DNA from: Antedon mediterranea
Taxonomy: Eukaryota; Animalia; Echinodermata
Reading direction: 5' to 3'
Assembly (NCBI RefSeq): GCF_964355755.1
Contig: NC_092676.1
Coordinates: 4,379,888 to 4,443,887 of the forward strand
Length of the DNA: 64,000 bases
Under the pieces are notes generated by a model, which was not told the origin of the DNA, did no database searches, and saw only the letters and a list, made by a program, of their open reading frames with translations. The translations under genes and the position numbers were made by a program. Of the stretch, positions 38,499 through 53,400 are shown piece after piece; within the stretch, counting starts at the first letter, position 1; every line of letters begins with the position of its first letter.

Positions 38499-41400
38499 GT
38501 ATGATTCGTTCTTTTAATATTTATCATTTGTAATAGATATTATAATATAGTAGGGTGATTATAATAATTGATGACCTTTTCAGAATTTGTGGCAGGTCTA
38601 ACCATCCTTATTTTACAACATTTATTATTCTATGATGTTTTATTGAAATGAAATGAAAATATCTTTTACCTTTATGATATACTGTGATCAAATTCTTTAG
38701 TTAATGTTTACCTTTTAATGAACAAATAGTAACATTTGAATTTCAAGGGTATTTCTCATTTGTTCAAGAACTATATTGTTCATCGTCACCTTTCGATGTA
38801 TCCACACACTTAAGGCCGGTTCCCACTGAGCACTACACGCGCGTCAAGCGTCAAAACAAAGAAGCTTGAAAAAGTTGTCCGTTTTGGGGAGCAACAACTG
38901 AAAAGTTAACATATACTATACCGCATTTCTAAGCTGTTTGCGAGCTGTACAGTCTTAAGAACATTTCATAAATTTGCCAAAACACATTAAAGCATTTTGT
39001 AGTTCCAAGAATATATAACATTTTATCACTATTGTTACTGGTGCAAAATATTTCCCATAGATCTAACTCATTATGCTAAATTAAACAAAACACGTCTCAA
39101 TTTCCCCGCATCATCATCATCATTTCGTCGTCGGTCGTCGCAATCCGTCGCAGAGACAGTACATTACATTTTCTGTGTAGGTCTAGGCCTATATGGTTAC
39201 AAGAGAATCGGAGACAATGGCTATATGAAGCTAATTAACATATTATTCAGGTGTAAGCAAACATAACACCCTCTTTTCGTTAAAGTAGTACAATTAAAAT
39301 TTTCCTTTAGTGTCAAATTTTTACTTTAATAAATCATCACAATAAAACACATTCTACTTTAAATTACCATCTGTATTATTGCAAAATGTTCATTTATATT
39401 CAACTTTTCTGGTTTCCTCAAATACTCGACCAGGATCTTGTCTCTACAGAGTGCAGTGCTTCCTCTCGCTGCAAACTTGTAAGAGGGTGTGTTCCAAAGT
39501 ACTAGTTTTGGGGATTGTAACTTCTTGAGTAGATTCGGCATATTTTTGTCGCCGCCGAACATACAGCTTTCATTTTCATTGCGTTAGTATCACATACGAT
39601 TGTTACGTCACACTTTATAATATTTGACTGGTTTTGATTGCCGGACATCGCTTCCATTTTGTATGCGTATTATCACATACGATTGTTACGTCATACTTTA
39701 TAAGATTTGACTGGTTTTGATCGCCGGACATCGCTTCCATTTTGTATGCGTATTATCACATACGATTGTTACGTCACACTTTATAAGATTTGAATGGTTT
39801 TGATCGCCGGACATCACTTCCATTCTGTATGCGTATTATCACAAACGATTGCTACGTCACACTTTATAAGATTTGAATGGTTTTGATCGCCGGACATCGC
39901 TTCCATTTTGTATGCTTATTATCACATACGATTGTTACGTCACATTTTATAAGATTTGACTGGTTTTGATCGCCAGACATGACTTCAATTTTGTATGCGT
40001 ATTATCACATACGATTGCTACGTCACACTTTATAAGATTTGACTGGTTTTAATCGCCGGACATCACTTCCATTGTGTATGCGTATTATCACATACGATTG
40101 TTACGTCACACGTTATAAGATTTGACTGGTTTTAATCGCCGGACATCGCTTCCATTTTGTATGCGTATTATCACTTACGATTGTTACGTCACACTTTATA
40201 AGATTTGACTGGTTTTAATCGCCGAACATCGCTTCAATTTTGTATGCGTATTATCACATACGATTGTTACGTCACACTTTATAAGATTTGAATGGTTTTG
40301 ATCGCCGGACATCACTTCAATTTTGTATGCGTATTATCACATACGATTGTTACGTCACACTTTATAAGATTTGACTGGTTTTGATCGCCGGACATCGCTT
40401 CCATTTTGTATGCGTATTATCACATACGATTGTTACGTCACACTTTATAAGATTTGAATGGTTTTGATCGCCGGACATCACTTCCATTCTGTATGCGTAT
40501 TATCACAAACGATTGCTACGTCACACTTTATAAGATTTGAATGGTTTTGATCGCCGGACATCGCTTCCATTTTGTATGCTTATTATCACATACGATTGTT
40601 ACGTCACATTTTATAAGATTTGACTGGTTTTAATCGCCGGACATCGCTTCCATTTTGTATGCGTATTATCACTTACGATTGTTACGTCACACTTTATAAG
40701 ATTTGACTGGTTTTAATCGCCGAATATCGCTTCAATTTTGTATGCGTATTATCACATACGATTGTTACGTTACACTTTATAAGATTTGAATGGTTTTGAT
40801 CGCCGGACATCACTTCAATTTTGTATGCGTATTATCACATACGATGGTTACGTCACACTTTATAAGATTTGACTGGTTTTAATCGCTGGACATCGCTTCA
40901 ATTTTGTATGCGTATTATCACATACGATGGTTACGTCACACTTTATAAGATTTGACTGGTTTTAATCGCTGGACATCACTTCAATTTTGTATGCGTATTA
41001 TCACATACGATGGTTACGTCACACTTTATAAGATTTGACTGGTTTTAATCGCCGGACATCGCTTCAATTTTGTATGCGTATTATCTCATACGATTGTTAC
41101 GTCACACTTTATAAGATTTGACTGGTTTTAATCGCCGGACATCGCGTCCATTTTGTATGCGTATTATCACATACGATTGTTACGTCACACTTTATAAGAT
41201 TTGACTGATTTTAATCGCCGGACATCGCCTCCATTTTGTATGCGTATTATCACATACGATTGTTACGTCACACTTTATAAGATTTGACTAGTTTTGATCG
41301 CCGGACATCACTTCCATTTTGTATGCGTATCATCACATACGATTGTTACGTCACACTTTATAATATTTGACTGGTTTTGATCGCCGGACATCGCTTCCAT

Positions 41401-44400
41401 TTTGTATGCGTATTATCACATACGATTGTTACGTCACACAATATAAGATTTGACTGGTTTTAATCGCTGGACATCGCCTCCATTTTGAGTGCGTATTATC
41501 ACATACGATTGCTACGTCACATTTTATAAGATTTGACTGGTCTTGATCGCCGGACATCGCTTCAATTTTGTATGCGTATTATCACATACGATTGCTACGT
41601 CACACTTTATAAGATATGACTGGTTTTAATCGCCGGACATCGCTTCCATTTTGTATGCGTATTATCACACACGATTGTTACGTCACACTTTATAAGATTT
41701 GACTGGTTTTGAACACCGGACATCACTTCCATTCTGTATGCGTATTATCACATACGATTGTTACGTCACACTTTATAAGATTTGACTGGTTTTAATCGCC
41801 GGACATCGCTTCAATTTTGTATGCGTATTATCACATACGATTGTTACGTCACACTTTATAAGATCTGACTGGTTTTAATCGCCGGACATCGCTTCAATTT
41901 TGTATGCGTATTATCACATACGATTGTTACGTCACACTTTATAATATTTGAATGGTTTTGATCGCCGGACATCACTTCAATTTTGTATGCGTATTATCAC
42001 ATACTATTGTTACGTCACACTTTATAAGATTTGACTGGTTTTAATCGCCGGACATCGCTTCAATTTTGTATGCGTATTATCACATACGATTGTTACGTCA
42101 CACTTTATAAGATTTGACTGGTTTTAATCGCCGGACATCGCTTCCATTTTGTATGCGTATTATCACATACGATTGTTACGTCACACTTTATAAGATTTGA
42201 CTGGTTTTGATCGCCGGACATAACTTCAATTTTGTATGCGTATTATCACATACTATTGTTACGTCACACTTTATAAGATTTGACTGGTTTTAATCGCCGG
42301 ACATCGCTTCAATTTTGTATGCGTATTATCACATACGATTGTTACGTCACACTTTATAAGATTTGACTGGTTTTAATCGCCGGACATCGCGTCCATTTTG
42401 TATGCGTATTATCACATACGATTGTTACGTCACACTTTATAAGATTTGACTGATTTTAATCGCCGGACATCGCCTCCATTTTGTATACGTATTATCACAT
42501 ACGATTGTTACGTCACACTTTATAAGATTTGACTAGTTTTGATCGCCGGACATCACTTCCATTTTGTATGCGTATCATTACATACGATTGTTACGTCACA
42601 CTTTATAATATTTGACTGGTTTTGATCGCCGGACATCGCTTCCATTTTGTATGCGTATTATCACATACGATTGTTACGTCACACAATATAAGATTTGACT
42701 GGTTTTAATCGCTGGACATCGCCTCCATTTTGAGTGCGTATTATCACATACGATTGCTACGTCACATTTTATAAGATTTGACTGGTCTTGATCGCCGGAC
42801 ATCGCTTCAATTTTGTATGCGTATTATCACATACGATTGCTACGTCACACTTTATAAGATATGACTGGTTTTAATCGCCGGACATCGCTTCCATTTTGTA
42901 TGCGTATTATCACACACGATTGTTACGTCACACTTTATAAGATTTGACTGGTTTTGATCGCCGGACATCGCTTCCATTTTGTATGCGTATTATCACATAC
43001 GATTGTTACGTCACACTTTATAAGATTTGACTGGTTTTAATCGCCGGACATCGCTTCAATTTTGTATGCGTATTATCACATACGATTGTTACGTCACACT
43101 TTATAAGATTTGAATGGTTTTGATCGCCGGACATCACTTCAATTTTGTATGCGTATTATTATCACATACGATTGTTACGTCACACTTTATAAGATTTGAC
43201 TGGTTTTAATCGCCGGACATCACTTCAATTTTGGATGCGTATTATCATATACGATTGTTACGTCACACTTTATAATATTTGACTGGTTTTGATCACCGGA
43301 AATCACTTCCATTGTGTATGCGTATTATCACATACGATTGCTACGTCACACTTTATAAGATTTGACTGGTTTTAATCGCCGGACATCACTTCAATGTTGC
43401 ATGCGTATTATCACATACGATTGTTACGTCACACTTTATAAGATTTGACTGGTTTTGATCGCCGGACATCACTTCAATTTTGTATGCGTATTATCACATA
43501 CGATTGTTACGTCACACTTTAAAAGATTTGACTGGTTTTAATCGCCGGACATCGCTTCAATTTTGTATGCGTATTATCACATACGATTGTTACGTCACAC
43601 TTTATAATATTTGACTGGTTTTGATCACCGGACATCACTTCCATTGTGTATGCGTATTATCACATACGATTGCTACGTCACACTTTATAAGATTTGACTG
43701 GTTTTAATCGCCGGACATCACTTCAATGTTGCATGCGTATTATCACATACGATTGTTACGTCACACTTTATAAGATTTGACTGGTTTTGATCGCCGGACA
43801 TCGCTTCCATTTTGTATGCGTATTATCACAAACGATTGCTACGTCACACTTTATAAGATTTGAATGGTTTTGATCGCCGGACATCGCTTCCCTTTTGTAT
43901 GCTTATTATCACATACGATTGTTACGTCACATTTTATAAGATTTGACTGGTTTTGATCGCCGGACATGACTTCAATTTTGTATGCGTATTATCACATACG
44001 ATTGCTACGTCACACTTTATAAGATTTGACTGGTTTTAATCGCCGGACATCACTTCCATTGTGTATGCGTATTATCACATACGATTGTTACGTCACACGT
44101 TATAAGATTTGACTGGTTTTAATCGCCGGACATCGCTTCCATTTTGTATGCGTATTATCACTTACGATTGTTACGTCACACTTTATAAGATTTGACTGGT
44201 TTTAATTGCCGAACATCGCTTCAATTTTGTATGCGTATTATCACATACGATTGTTACGTCACACTTTATAAGATTTGAATGGTTTTGATCGCCGGACATC
44301 ACTTCAATTTTGTATGCGTATTATCACATACGATTGTTACGTCACACTTTATAAGATTTGACTGGTTTTAATCGCCGGACATCGCTTCCATTTTGTATGC

Positions 44401-47400
44401 GTATTACCACATACAATTGTTACGTCACACTTTATAAGATTAGGCTGGTTTTAATCGCCAGACGTCACTTCCATTTTGTATGCGTATTATCACATACGAT
44501 TGTTACGTCACACTTTATAAGATTAGGCTGGCTTTAATCGCCGGACATCACTTCCATTTTGTATGCGTATTATCACATACGATTGTTACGTCACACTTTA
44601 TAAGATTAGGCTGGTTTTAATCACCGGACATCGCTTCAATTTTGTATGCGTATTATCACATACGATTGTTACGTCACACTTTATAAGATCTGACTGGTTT
44701 TAATCGCCGGACATCGCTTCAATTTTGTATGCGTATTATCACATACGATTGTTACGTCACACTTTAAAATATTTGAATGGTTTTGATCGCCGGACATCAC
44801 TTCAATTTTGTATGCGTATTATCACATACTATTGTTACGTCACACTTTATAAGATTTGACTGGTTTTAATCGCCGGACATCGCTTCAATTTTGTATGCGT
44901 ATTATCACATACGATTGTTACGTCACACTTTATTAGATTTGACTGGTTTTAATCGCCGGACATCGCTTCCATTTTGTATGCGTATTATCACATACGATTG
45001 TTACGTCACACTTTATAAGATTTGACTGGTTTTGATCGCCGGACATCACTTCAATTTTGTATGCGTATTATCACATACTATTGTTACGTCACACTTTATA
45101 AGATTTGACTGGTTTTAATCGCCGGACATCGCTTCAATTTTGTATGCGTATTATCACATACGATTGTTACGTCACACTTTATAAGATTTGACTGGTTTTA
45201 ATCGCCGGACATCGCGTCCATTTTGTATGCGTATTATCACATACGATTGTTACGTCACACTTTATAAGAATTGACTGATTTTAATCGCCGGACATCGACT
45301 CCATTTTGTATGCGTATTATCACATACGATTGTTACGTCACACTTTATAAGATTTGACTGGTTTTAATCGCCGGATATCACTTCCATTCTGTATGCGTAT
45401 TATCACATACGATTGTTACGTCACACTTTATAAGATTTGACTGGTTTTAATCGCCGGACATCGCTTCAATTTTGTATGCGTATTATCACATACGATTGTT
45501 ACGTCACACTTTATAAGATCTGACTGGTTTTAATCGCCGGACATCGCTTCAATTTTGTATGCGTATTATCACATACGATTGTTACGTCACACTTTAAAAT
45601 ATTTTAATGGTTTTGATCGCCGGACATCACTTCAATTTTGTATGCGTATTATCACATACTATTGTTACGTCACACTTTATAAGATTTGACTGGTTTTAAT
45701 CGCCGGACATCGCTTCAATTTTGTATGCGTATTATCACATACGATTGTTACGTCACACTTTATTAGATTTGACTGGTTTTAATCGCCGGACATCGCTTCC
45801 ATTTTGTATGCGTATTATCACATACGATTGTTACGTCACACTTTATAAGATTTGACTGGTTTTGATCGCCGGACATCACTTCAATTTTGTATGCGTTTTA
45901 TCACATACTATTGTTACGTCACACTTTATAAGATTTGACTGGTTTTAATCGCCGGACATCGCTTCAATTTTGTATGCGTATTATCACATACGATTGTTAC
46001 GTCACACTTTATAAGATTTGACTGGTTTTAATCGCCGGACATCGCGTCCATTTTGTATGCGTATTATCACATACGATTGTTACGTCACACTTTATAAGAA
46101 TTGACTGATTTTAATCGCCGGACATCGACTCCATTTTGTATGCGTATTATCACATACGATTGTTACGTCACACTTTATAAGATTTGACTAGTTTTGATCG
46201 CCGGACATCACTTCCATTTTGTATGCTTATCATCACATACGATTGTTACGTCACACTTTATAATATTTGACTGGTTTTGATCGCCGGACATCGCTTCCAT
46301 TTTGTATGCGTATTATCACATACGATTGTTACGTCACACATTATAAGATTTGACTGGTTTTAATCGCCGGACATCGCCTCCATTTTGTATGCGTATTATC
46401 ACATACGATTGCTACGTCACATTTTATAAGATTTGACTGGTCTTGATCGCCGGACATCGCTTCAATTTTGTATGCGTATTATCACATACGATTGCTACGT
46501 CACACTTTATAAGATATGACTGGTTTTAATCGCCGGACATCACTTCCATTGTGTATGCGTATTATCACATACGATTGTTACGTCACACTTTATAAGATTT
46601 GACTGGTTTTAATCGCCGGACATCACTTCCATTTTGTGTTCGTATTATCACATACGATTGTTACGTCACACTTTATAAGATTTGAATGGTTTTGATCGCC
46701 GGACATCACTTCCATTCTGTATGCGTATTATCACAAACGATTGCTACGTCACACTTTATAAGATTTGAATGGTTTTGATCGCCGGACATCGCTTCCATTT
46801 TGTATGCGTATTATCACATACGATTGTTACGTCACACTTTATAAGATTTGACTGGTTTTGATCGCCGGACATCACTTCAATTTTGTATGCGTATTATCAC
46901 ATACGATTGCTACGTCCACTTTATAAGATTTGACTGGTTTTAATCGCCGGACATCACTTCCATTGTGTATGCGTATTATCACATACGATTGTTACGTCAC
47001 ACTTTATAAGATTTGACTGGTTTTAATCGCCGGACATCGCTTCCATTTTGTATGCGTATTATCACATACGATTGTTACGTCACACTTTATAAGATTTGAC
47101 TGGTTTTAATCGCCGGACATCGCTTCAATTTTGTATGCGTATTATCACATACGATTGTTACGTCACACTTTATAAGATTTGAAATGGTTTTGATCGCCGG
47201 ACATCACTTCAATTTTGTATGCGTATTATCACATACGATTGTTACGTCACACTTTATAAGATTTGACTGGTTTTAATCGCCGGACATCACTTCAATTTTC
47301 TATGCGTATTATCATATACCATTGTTACGTCACACTTTATAAGATTTGACTGGTTTTGATCACCGGACATCACTTCCATTGTGTATGCGTATTATCACAT

Positions 47401-50400
47401 ACGATTGCTACGTCACACTTTATAAGATTTGACTGGTTTTAATCGCCGGACATCACTTCAATGTTGCATGCGTATTATCACATACGATTGTTATGTCACA
47501 CTTTATAAGATTTGACTGGTTTTGATCGCCGGACATAGCTTCAATTTTGTATGCGTATTATCACATACGATTGTTACGTCACACTTTAAAAGATTTGACT
47601 GGTTTTAATCGCCGGACATCGCTTCAATTTTGTATGCGTATTATCACATACGATTGTTACGTCACACTTTATAAGATTTGACTGGTTTTAATCGCCGGAC
47701 ATCACTTCCATTCTGTATGCGTATTATCACATACGATTGTTACGTCACACTTTATAAGATCTGACTGGTTTTAATCGCCGGACATCGCTTCAATTTTGTA
47801 TGCGTATTATCACATACGATTGTTACCTTCACACTTTATAAGATTTGACTGGTTTTGAACACCGGACATCACTTCCATTTTGTATGCGTATTATCACATA
47901 CGATTGTTACGTCACACTTTATAAGATTTGACTGGTTTTGATCACCGGACATCACTTCCATTTTGTATGCGTATTATCACATATGATTGTTACGTCACAC
48001 TTTATAAGTTTTGACTGGTTTTGATCGCCGGACATCACTTCAATTTTGTATGCGTATTATCACATACTATTGTTACGTCACACTTTATAAGATTTGACTG
48101 GTTTTAATCGCCGGACATCGCTTCAATTTTGTATGCGTATTATCACATACGATTGTTACGTCACACTTTATAAGATTTGACTGGTTTTAATCGCCGGACA
48201 TCGCTTCCATTTTGTATGCGTATTATCACATACGATTGTTACGTCACACTTTATAAGATTTGACTGATTTTAATCGCCGGACATCGCCTCCATTTTGTAT
48301 GCGTATTATCACATACAATTGTTACGTCACACTTTATAAGATTTGACTAGTTTTGATCGCCGGACATCACTTCCATTTTGTATGCGTATCATCACATACG
48401 ATTGTTACGTCACACTTTATAATATTCGACTGGTTTTGATCGCCGGACATCGCTTCCATTTTGTATGCGTATTATCACATACGATTGTTACGTCACACAT
48501 TATAAGATTTGACTGGTTTTAATCGCCGGACATCGCCTCCATTTTGTATGCCTATTATAACATACGATTGCTACGTCTCATTTTATAAGGTTTGACTGGT
48601 CTTGATCGCCGGACATCGCTTCAATTTTGTATGCGTATTATCACATACGATTGCTACGTCACACTTTATAAGATATGACTGGTTTTAATCGCCGGACATC
48701 GCTTCCATTTTGTATGCGTATTATCACACATGATTGTTACGTCACACTTTATAAGATTTGACTGGTTTTGATCGCCGGACATCACTTCAATTTTGTATGC
48801 GTATTATCACATACGATTGTTACGTCACACTTTAAAAGATTTGACTGGTTTTAATCGCCGGACATCGCTTCAATTTTGTATGCGTATTATCACATACGAT
48901 TGTTACGTCACACTTTATAAGATTTGACTGGTTTTAATCGCCGGACATCACTTCCATTCTGTATGCGTATTATCACATACGATTGTTACGTCACACTTTA
49001 TAAGATCTGACTGGTTTTAATCGCCGGACATCGCTTCAATTTTGTATGCGTATTATCACATACGATTGCTACGTCACACTTTATAAGATATGACTGGTTT
49101 TAATCGCCGGACATCGCTTCCATTTTGTATGCGTATTATCACACACGATTGTTACGTCACACTTTATAAGATTTGACTGGTTTTGATCGCCGGAAAATGT
49201 CTTTTTTTTTCATATTTTCGTTCATTGCCACCATTCACACTTTGTATCCATGTCCCAATTATATTACTCATTAAATGTTAAAATAAAAACGTTAAGAAAT
49301 TTCAAGTTGCTTCTCATCTTATAAAATACTAGGCAGTTTGTCACAGTTGGAAAACAGAACCAGTTATTTTTTTATTTAGTTGCAATCTCAAAATCATAAT
49401 TTGGTTAAGAAATTTATTATCCATTTACACATTTTCATTCATCATTTCATTTTATATCTGTTCATTTTATATCTGTTCATTTTATATCTGTTCATTTTAT
49501 ATCTGTTCATTTTATATCTGTTCATTTTATATCTGTTCATTTTATATCTGTTCATTTTATATCTGTTCATTTTATATCTGTTCATTTTATATCTGTTCAT
49601 TTTATATCTGTTCATTTTATATCTGTTCATTTTATATCTGTTCATTTTATATCTGTTCATTTTATATCTGTTCATTTTATATCTGTTCATTTTATATCTG
49701 TTCATTTTATATCTGTTCATTTTATATCTGTTTATTTTAGTTCATTCAATTTTTACAAAACAGTAGACATAAATGTTAAAAGGTACCAGAAAATAATAAA
49801 TAATAATGAAGATAATGTTATTTAGTGATGAAAGCTTAAAATGTTAAAAATGTTTCTATGGGCAGATATTATCTCATATTAAGATATACCTCATCATTTA
49901 AATATCCTTTATATTGAACAGGTTTTAAATTTAGGAATAAACTGTTTAATAGCAGTAATTAATGATACTATATTAGGTACCCTTACAATGGACGGGCGCC
50001 ATCTTATGATTATTTTAAGGTTCGGGAATCAAAAAGATAGTACAGTAATATAATGTAATGTCCTGAGATACTTGTGTCAGATTTACATCAGCTATTCAAA
50101 TAGACTTAACAAGAGTATAGCTTCACAGTGAGAGATATATCAATATAAAGAACTGATTTTAACTTGTACATTTGTTTCATTTAGTAAACATTAGACTTGT
50201 GAATGGCAACAATTTCTATGAGGGGCGAGTTGAAGTTTACGATGGCACAGAATGGGGTACAATATGTGATAATGGCTGGGACATCAACGACGCTCAAGTT
50301 GTATGTCGACAATTAAGACTAGGACCAGCTATCCAAGCTCCAGGGCAAGCTCATTTTGGTCAAGGGACTGGTCCGATTATGCTTGATGATGTTCAATGTT

Positions 50401-53400
50401 CAGGAACTGAGACATCTATCACAGACTGTCCTAATAATGGAATGAGGGTACACAATTGTGAACATTCTGAGGATGCTAGTGTTATTTGTGGTAGGTAAAG
50501 TAGTAACTGTAAAAAGGATTAACACAGAAAACAACAACACTGTAAGGCCAAGACAACTTTTTTAACTAGGAAATGTTTATCCCAGTTGAAAAGGAAAATC
50601 AATTTTGTTTTGTTCATAAGCTAATCTTTTTAATATTTTTGTTTATTTCCACCATTTAAATTTTTATTCACGTCCCAGTTATATTCATTAAATGTTAAAA
50701 TAAAAACGTCAAGAAATTTCAAGTTGCTACTCATTTTATAAAATAATGGGCAGTTTGTCGGAGTTGGAAAACAGAACCAGTTGTAATTTTTATTTGGTTG
50801 CAATCTCAAAATCATATTTGTATGCGTATTATCACATACGATTGTTATGTCGCACTTTATAAGATTTATAGATGACAAATTTCGTTTTTGTAAAAGCACA
50901 AGTTAACGGAGTACTTACTCGAACGTTTCGATCTCTATCAGAGATCCTTCTCAACTGACTGCGGAGTGTTAATGCAGCTTGGTCATTCTTGACGTCATCT
51001 GTTGATGACGTTGTACGCCTCCGGTTGTAGGTTGGAGGTTGTGCGGGGCTCGGCCAGGTGATGTGTCTATCAAATCATTGTACAAATGCGAGAGTTCGTG
51101 GGCTCCAGTGTCCCGGTTCATGGTCTTCTCTTTATTTCTCCTTATATGTAATGATTCTCTAATCTGTCTGTCTTTGCGTTTAGGCTCTTTGGTTAAGATG
51201 GTAGCCTCCCAGTTCGGTACATGATTGTGTTTTATGACATGTTCTGTAATGGCAGATTTGTGTATGATCGAAGATGTGGATGTTCTGGAGGCCCTAGTCA
51301 TTACTCCCCCCGTGTTTGTTGTAACATCTTTTTTGTGATCATTAATTCGTGTTTGTAATGCCCTCCCTGTTTCCCCAATGTAAACTTGTGGACAGTTGCG
51401 GCAGGTGACTTCGTAGATTACTCCACATGTATCCATCTTCTCGATTTTATCTTTTGGGTGGACGAGGCTATTCTTGATTTTATTTTGGGGTAGGAAATAG
51501 GTTCCGACATTGTGATAGGAGAGAGTGCGTCGTATTCTTTCTGCCATTCCTTTATAAGATTTGACTGGTTTTAATCGCCGGACATCACTTCAATTTTGTA
51601 TGCGTATTATCACATAGGATTGTTACGTCACACTTTATAAGATTAGGCTGGTTTTAATCGCCGGACATCGCTTCCATTTTGTATGCGTATTACCACATAC
51701 AATTGTTACGTCACACTTTATAAGATTAGGCTGGTTTTAATCGCCAGACGTCACTTCCATTTTGTATGCGTATTATCACATACGATTGTTACGTCACACT
51801 TTATAAGATTAGGCTGATTTTAATCGCCAGACGTCACTTCCATTTTGTATGCGTATTATCACATACGATTGTTACGTCACACTTTATAAGATTAGGCTGG
51901 TTTTAATCGACGGACATCGCTTCCATTTTGTATGCGTATTATCACATACGATTGTTACGTCGCACTTTATAAGATTTGACTGGTTTTGATCGCCGGACAT
52001 CACTTCCATTTTGTATGCGTATTATCACATACGATTGTTACGTCACACTTTATAAGATTTGACTGGTTTTAATCGCCGGACATCGCTTCCATTTTCGTTG
52101 CTTATTATTACTAACCCTTGATACGTCACACTTTGTAATATTTGGCTGGTTTTGATCGCCGGACATCGCTTCCATTTTGTATGCGTATTATCACATACGA
52201 TTGTCTTTATAAGATTTGGCTGGTTCTGATCGCCGGACATCACTTCCATTTCCGTTGCATAGTATCACATACGATTGTTACGTAGCACTTTATAAGATTA
52301 GGTAGGTTTTAATCGCCGGACATCGCTTCCATTTTCGTTGCATAGTATACATACGATTGTTACGTCACACTTTATAAGATTTGGCAGGTTTTGATAGGCG
52401 GACATCGCCTCCATTTTCGTTGCATAGTATCACATACGATTGTTACGTATAGCACTTTATAAGATTAGGTAGGTTTTGATCGCCAGTCATCGCTTCCATT
52501 TCCGTTGCATAGTATCACATACGATTGTTACGTCACACTTTATAAGATTAGGTAGGTTTTGATCGCCGGACATCACTTCCATTTTCGTTGCATAGTATAC
52601 ACACGATTGTTATGTCGCACTTTATAAGATTTGACTGGTTTTAATCGCCGGATATCACTTCCATTTTGTATACGTATTATCACATACGATTGTTACGTCA
52701 CATTTTATAAGATTCGGTAGGTTTTGATCGGCGAACATCACTTCCATTTTCGTTGCATAGTATCACATATGATTTTTACGTCACACTTTATAAGATTTGG
52801 CTGGTTTTGATCGTCGGACATCGCTTCCATTTTGTATGCGTATTATCACATACGACTGTTACGTCACACTTTATAAGATTTGACTGGTTTTGATCGCCGG
52901 ACATCCCTTACATTCTGTATGCATATGATCACATACGATTGTTACGTAACACTAAGATTCGGCAGGTTTTGATCTCTGCGCATCACTTTCATTTTCGTTG
53001 CATAGTATCACATACGATTACTATTTTATCTAATTGTCGCATTTGATAATTTAAAGATTATAAGCAGTAATTACTATAATTAAGTAATAATAATTTAATT
53101 TTAGGCTTCAGTAAACATTTTCCGCAAACTATATATTTACTTATTTGTAGGGCAGAATATTATTACCCCTCACTTTAAGAATACCGTGCAAAAGTACTAC
53201 TACTACTGCACCACTACCACCCCTACCACCACTACTACTAACATTCAGTAGGATTAATAGCAGTATACATTTAAATAAAGAAATGTTTTAAACTATATTG
53301 TAATTGTTGTTATGCAGACATTAGACTTGTGGATGGCAGCAATATTTATGAGGGGCGAGTTGAAGTTTACGATGGTACAGAATGGGGTACAATATGTGAT

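Noticed and set aside
53151-53247. Thr/Pro-rich linker exon between SRCR domains
   Set aside because: AG/GT bounded but 97 nt, so it breaks the phase 1-1 frame; it lies in the degenerate duplicate next to the truncated SRCR. At best a decayed exon.
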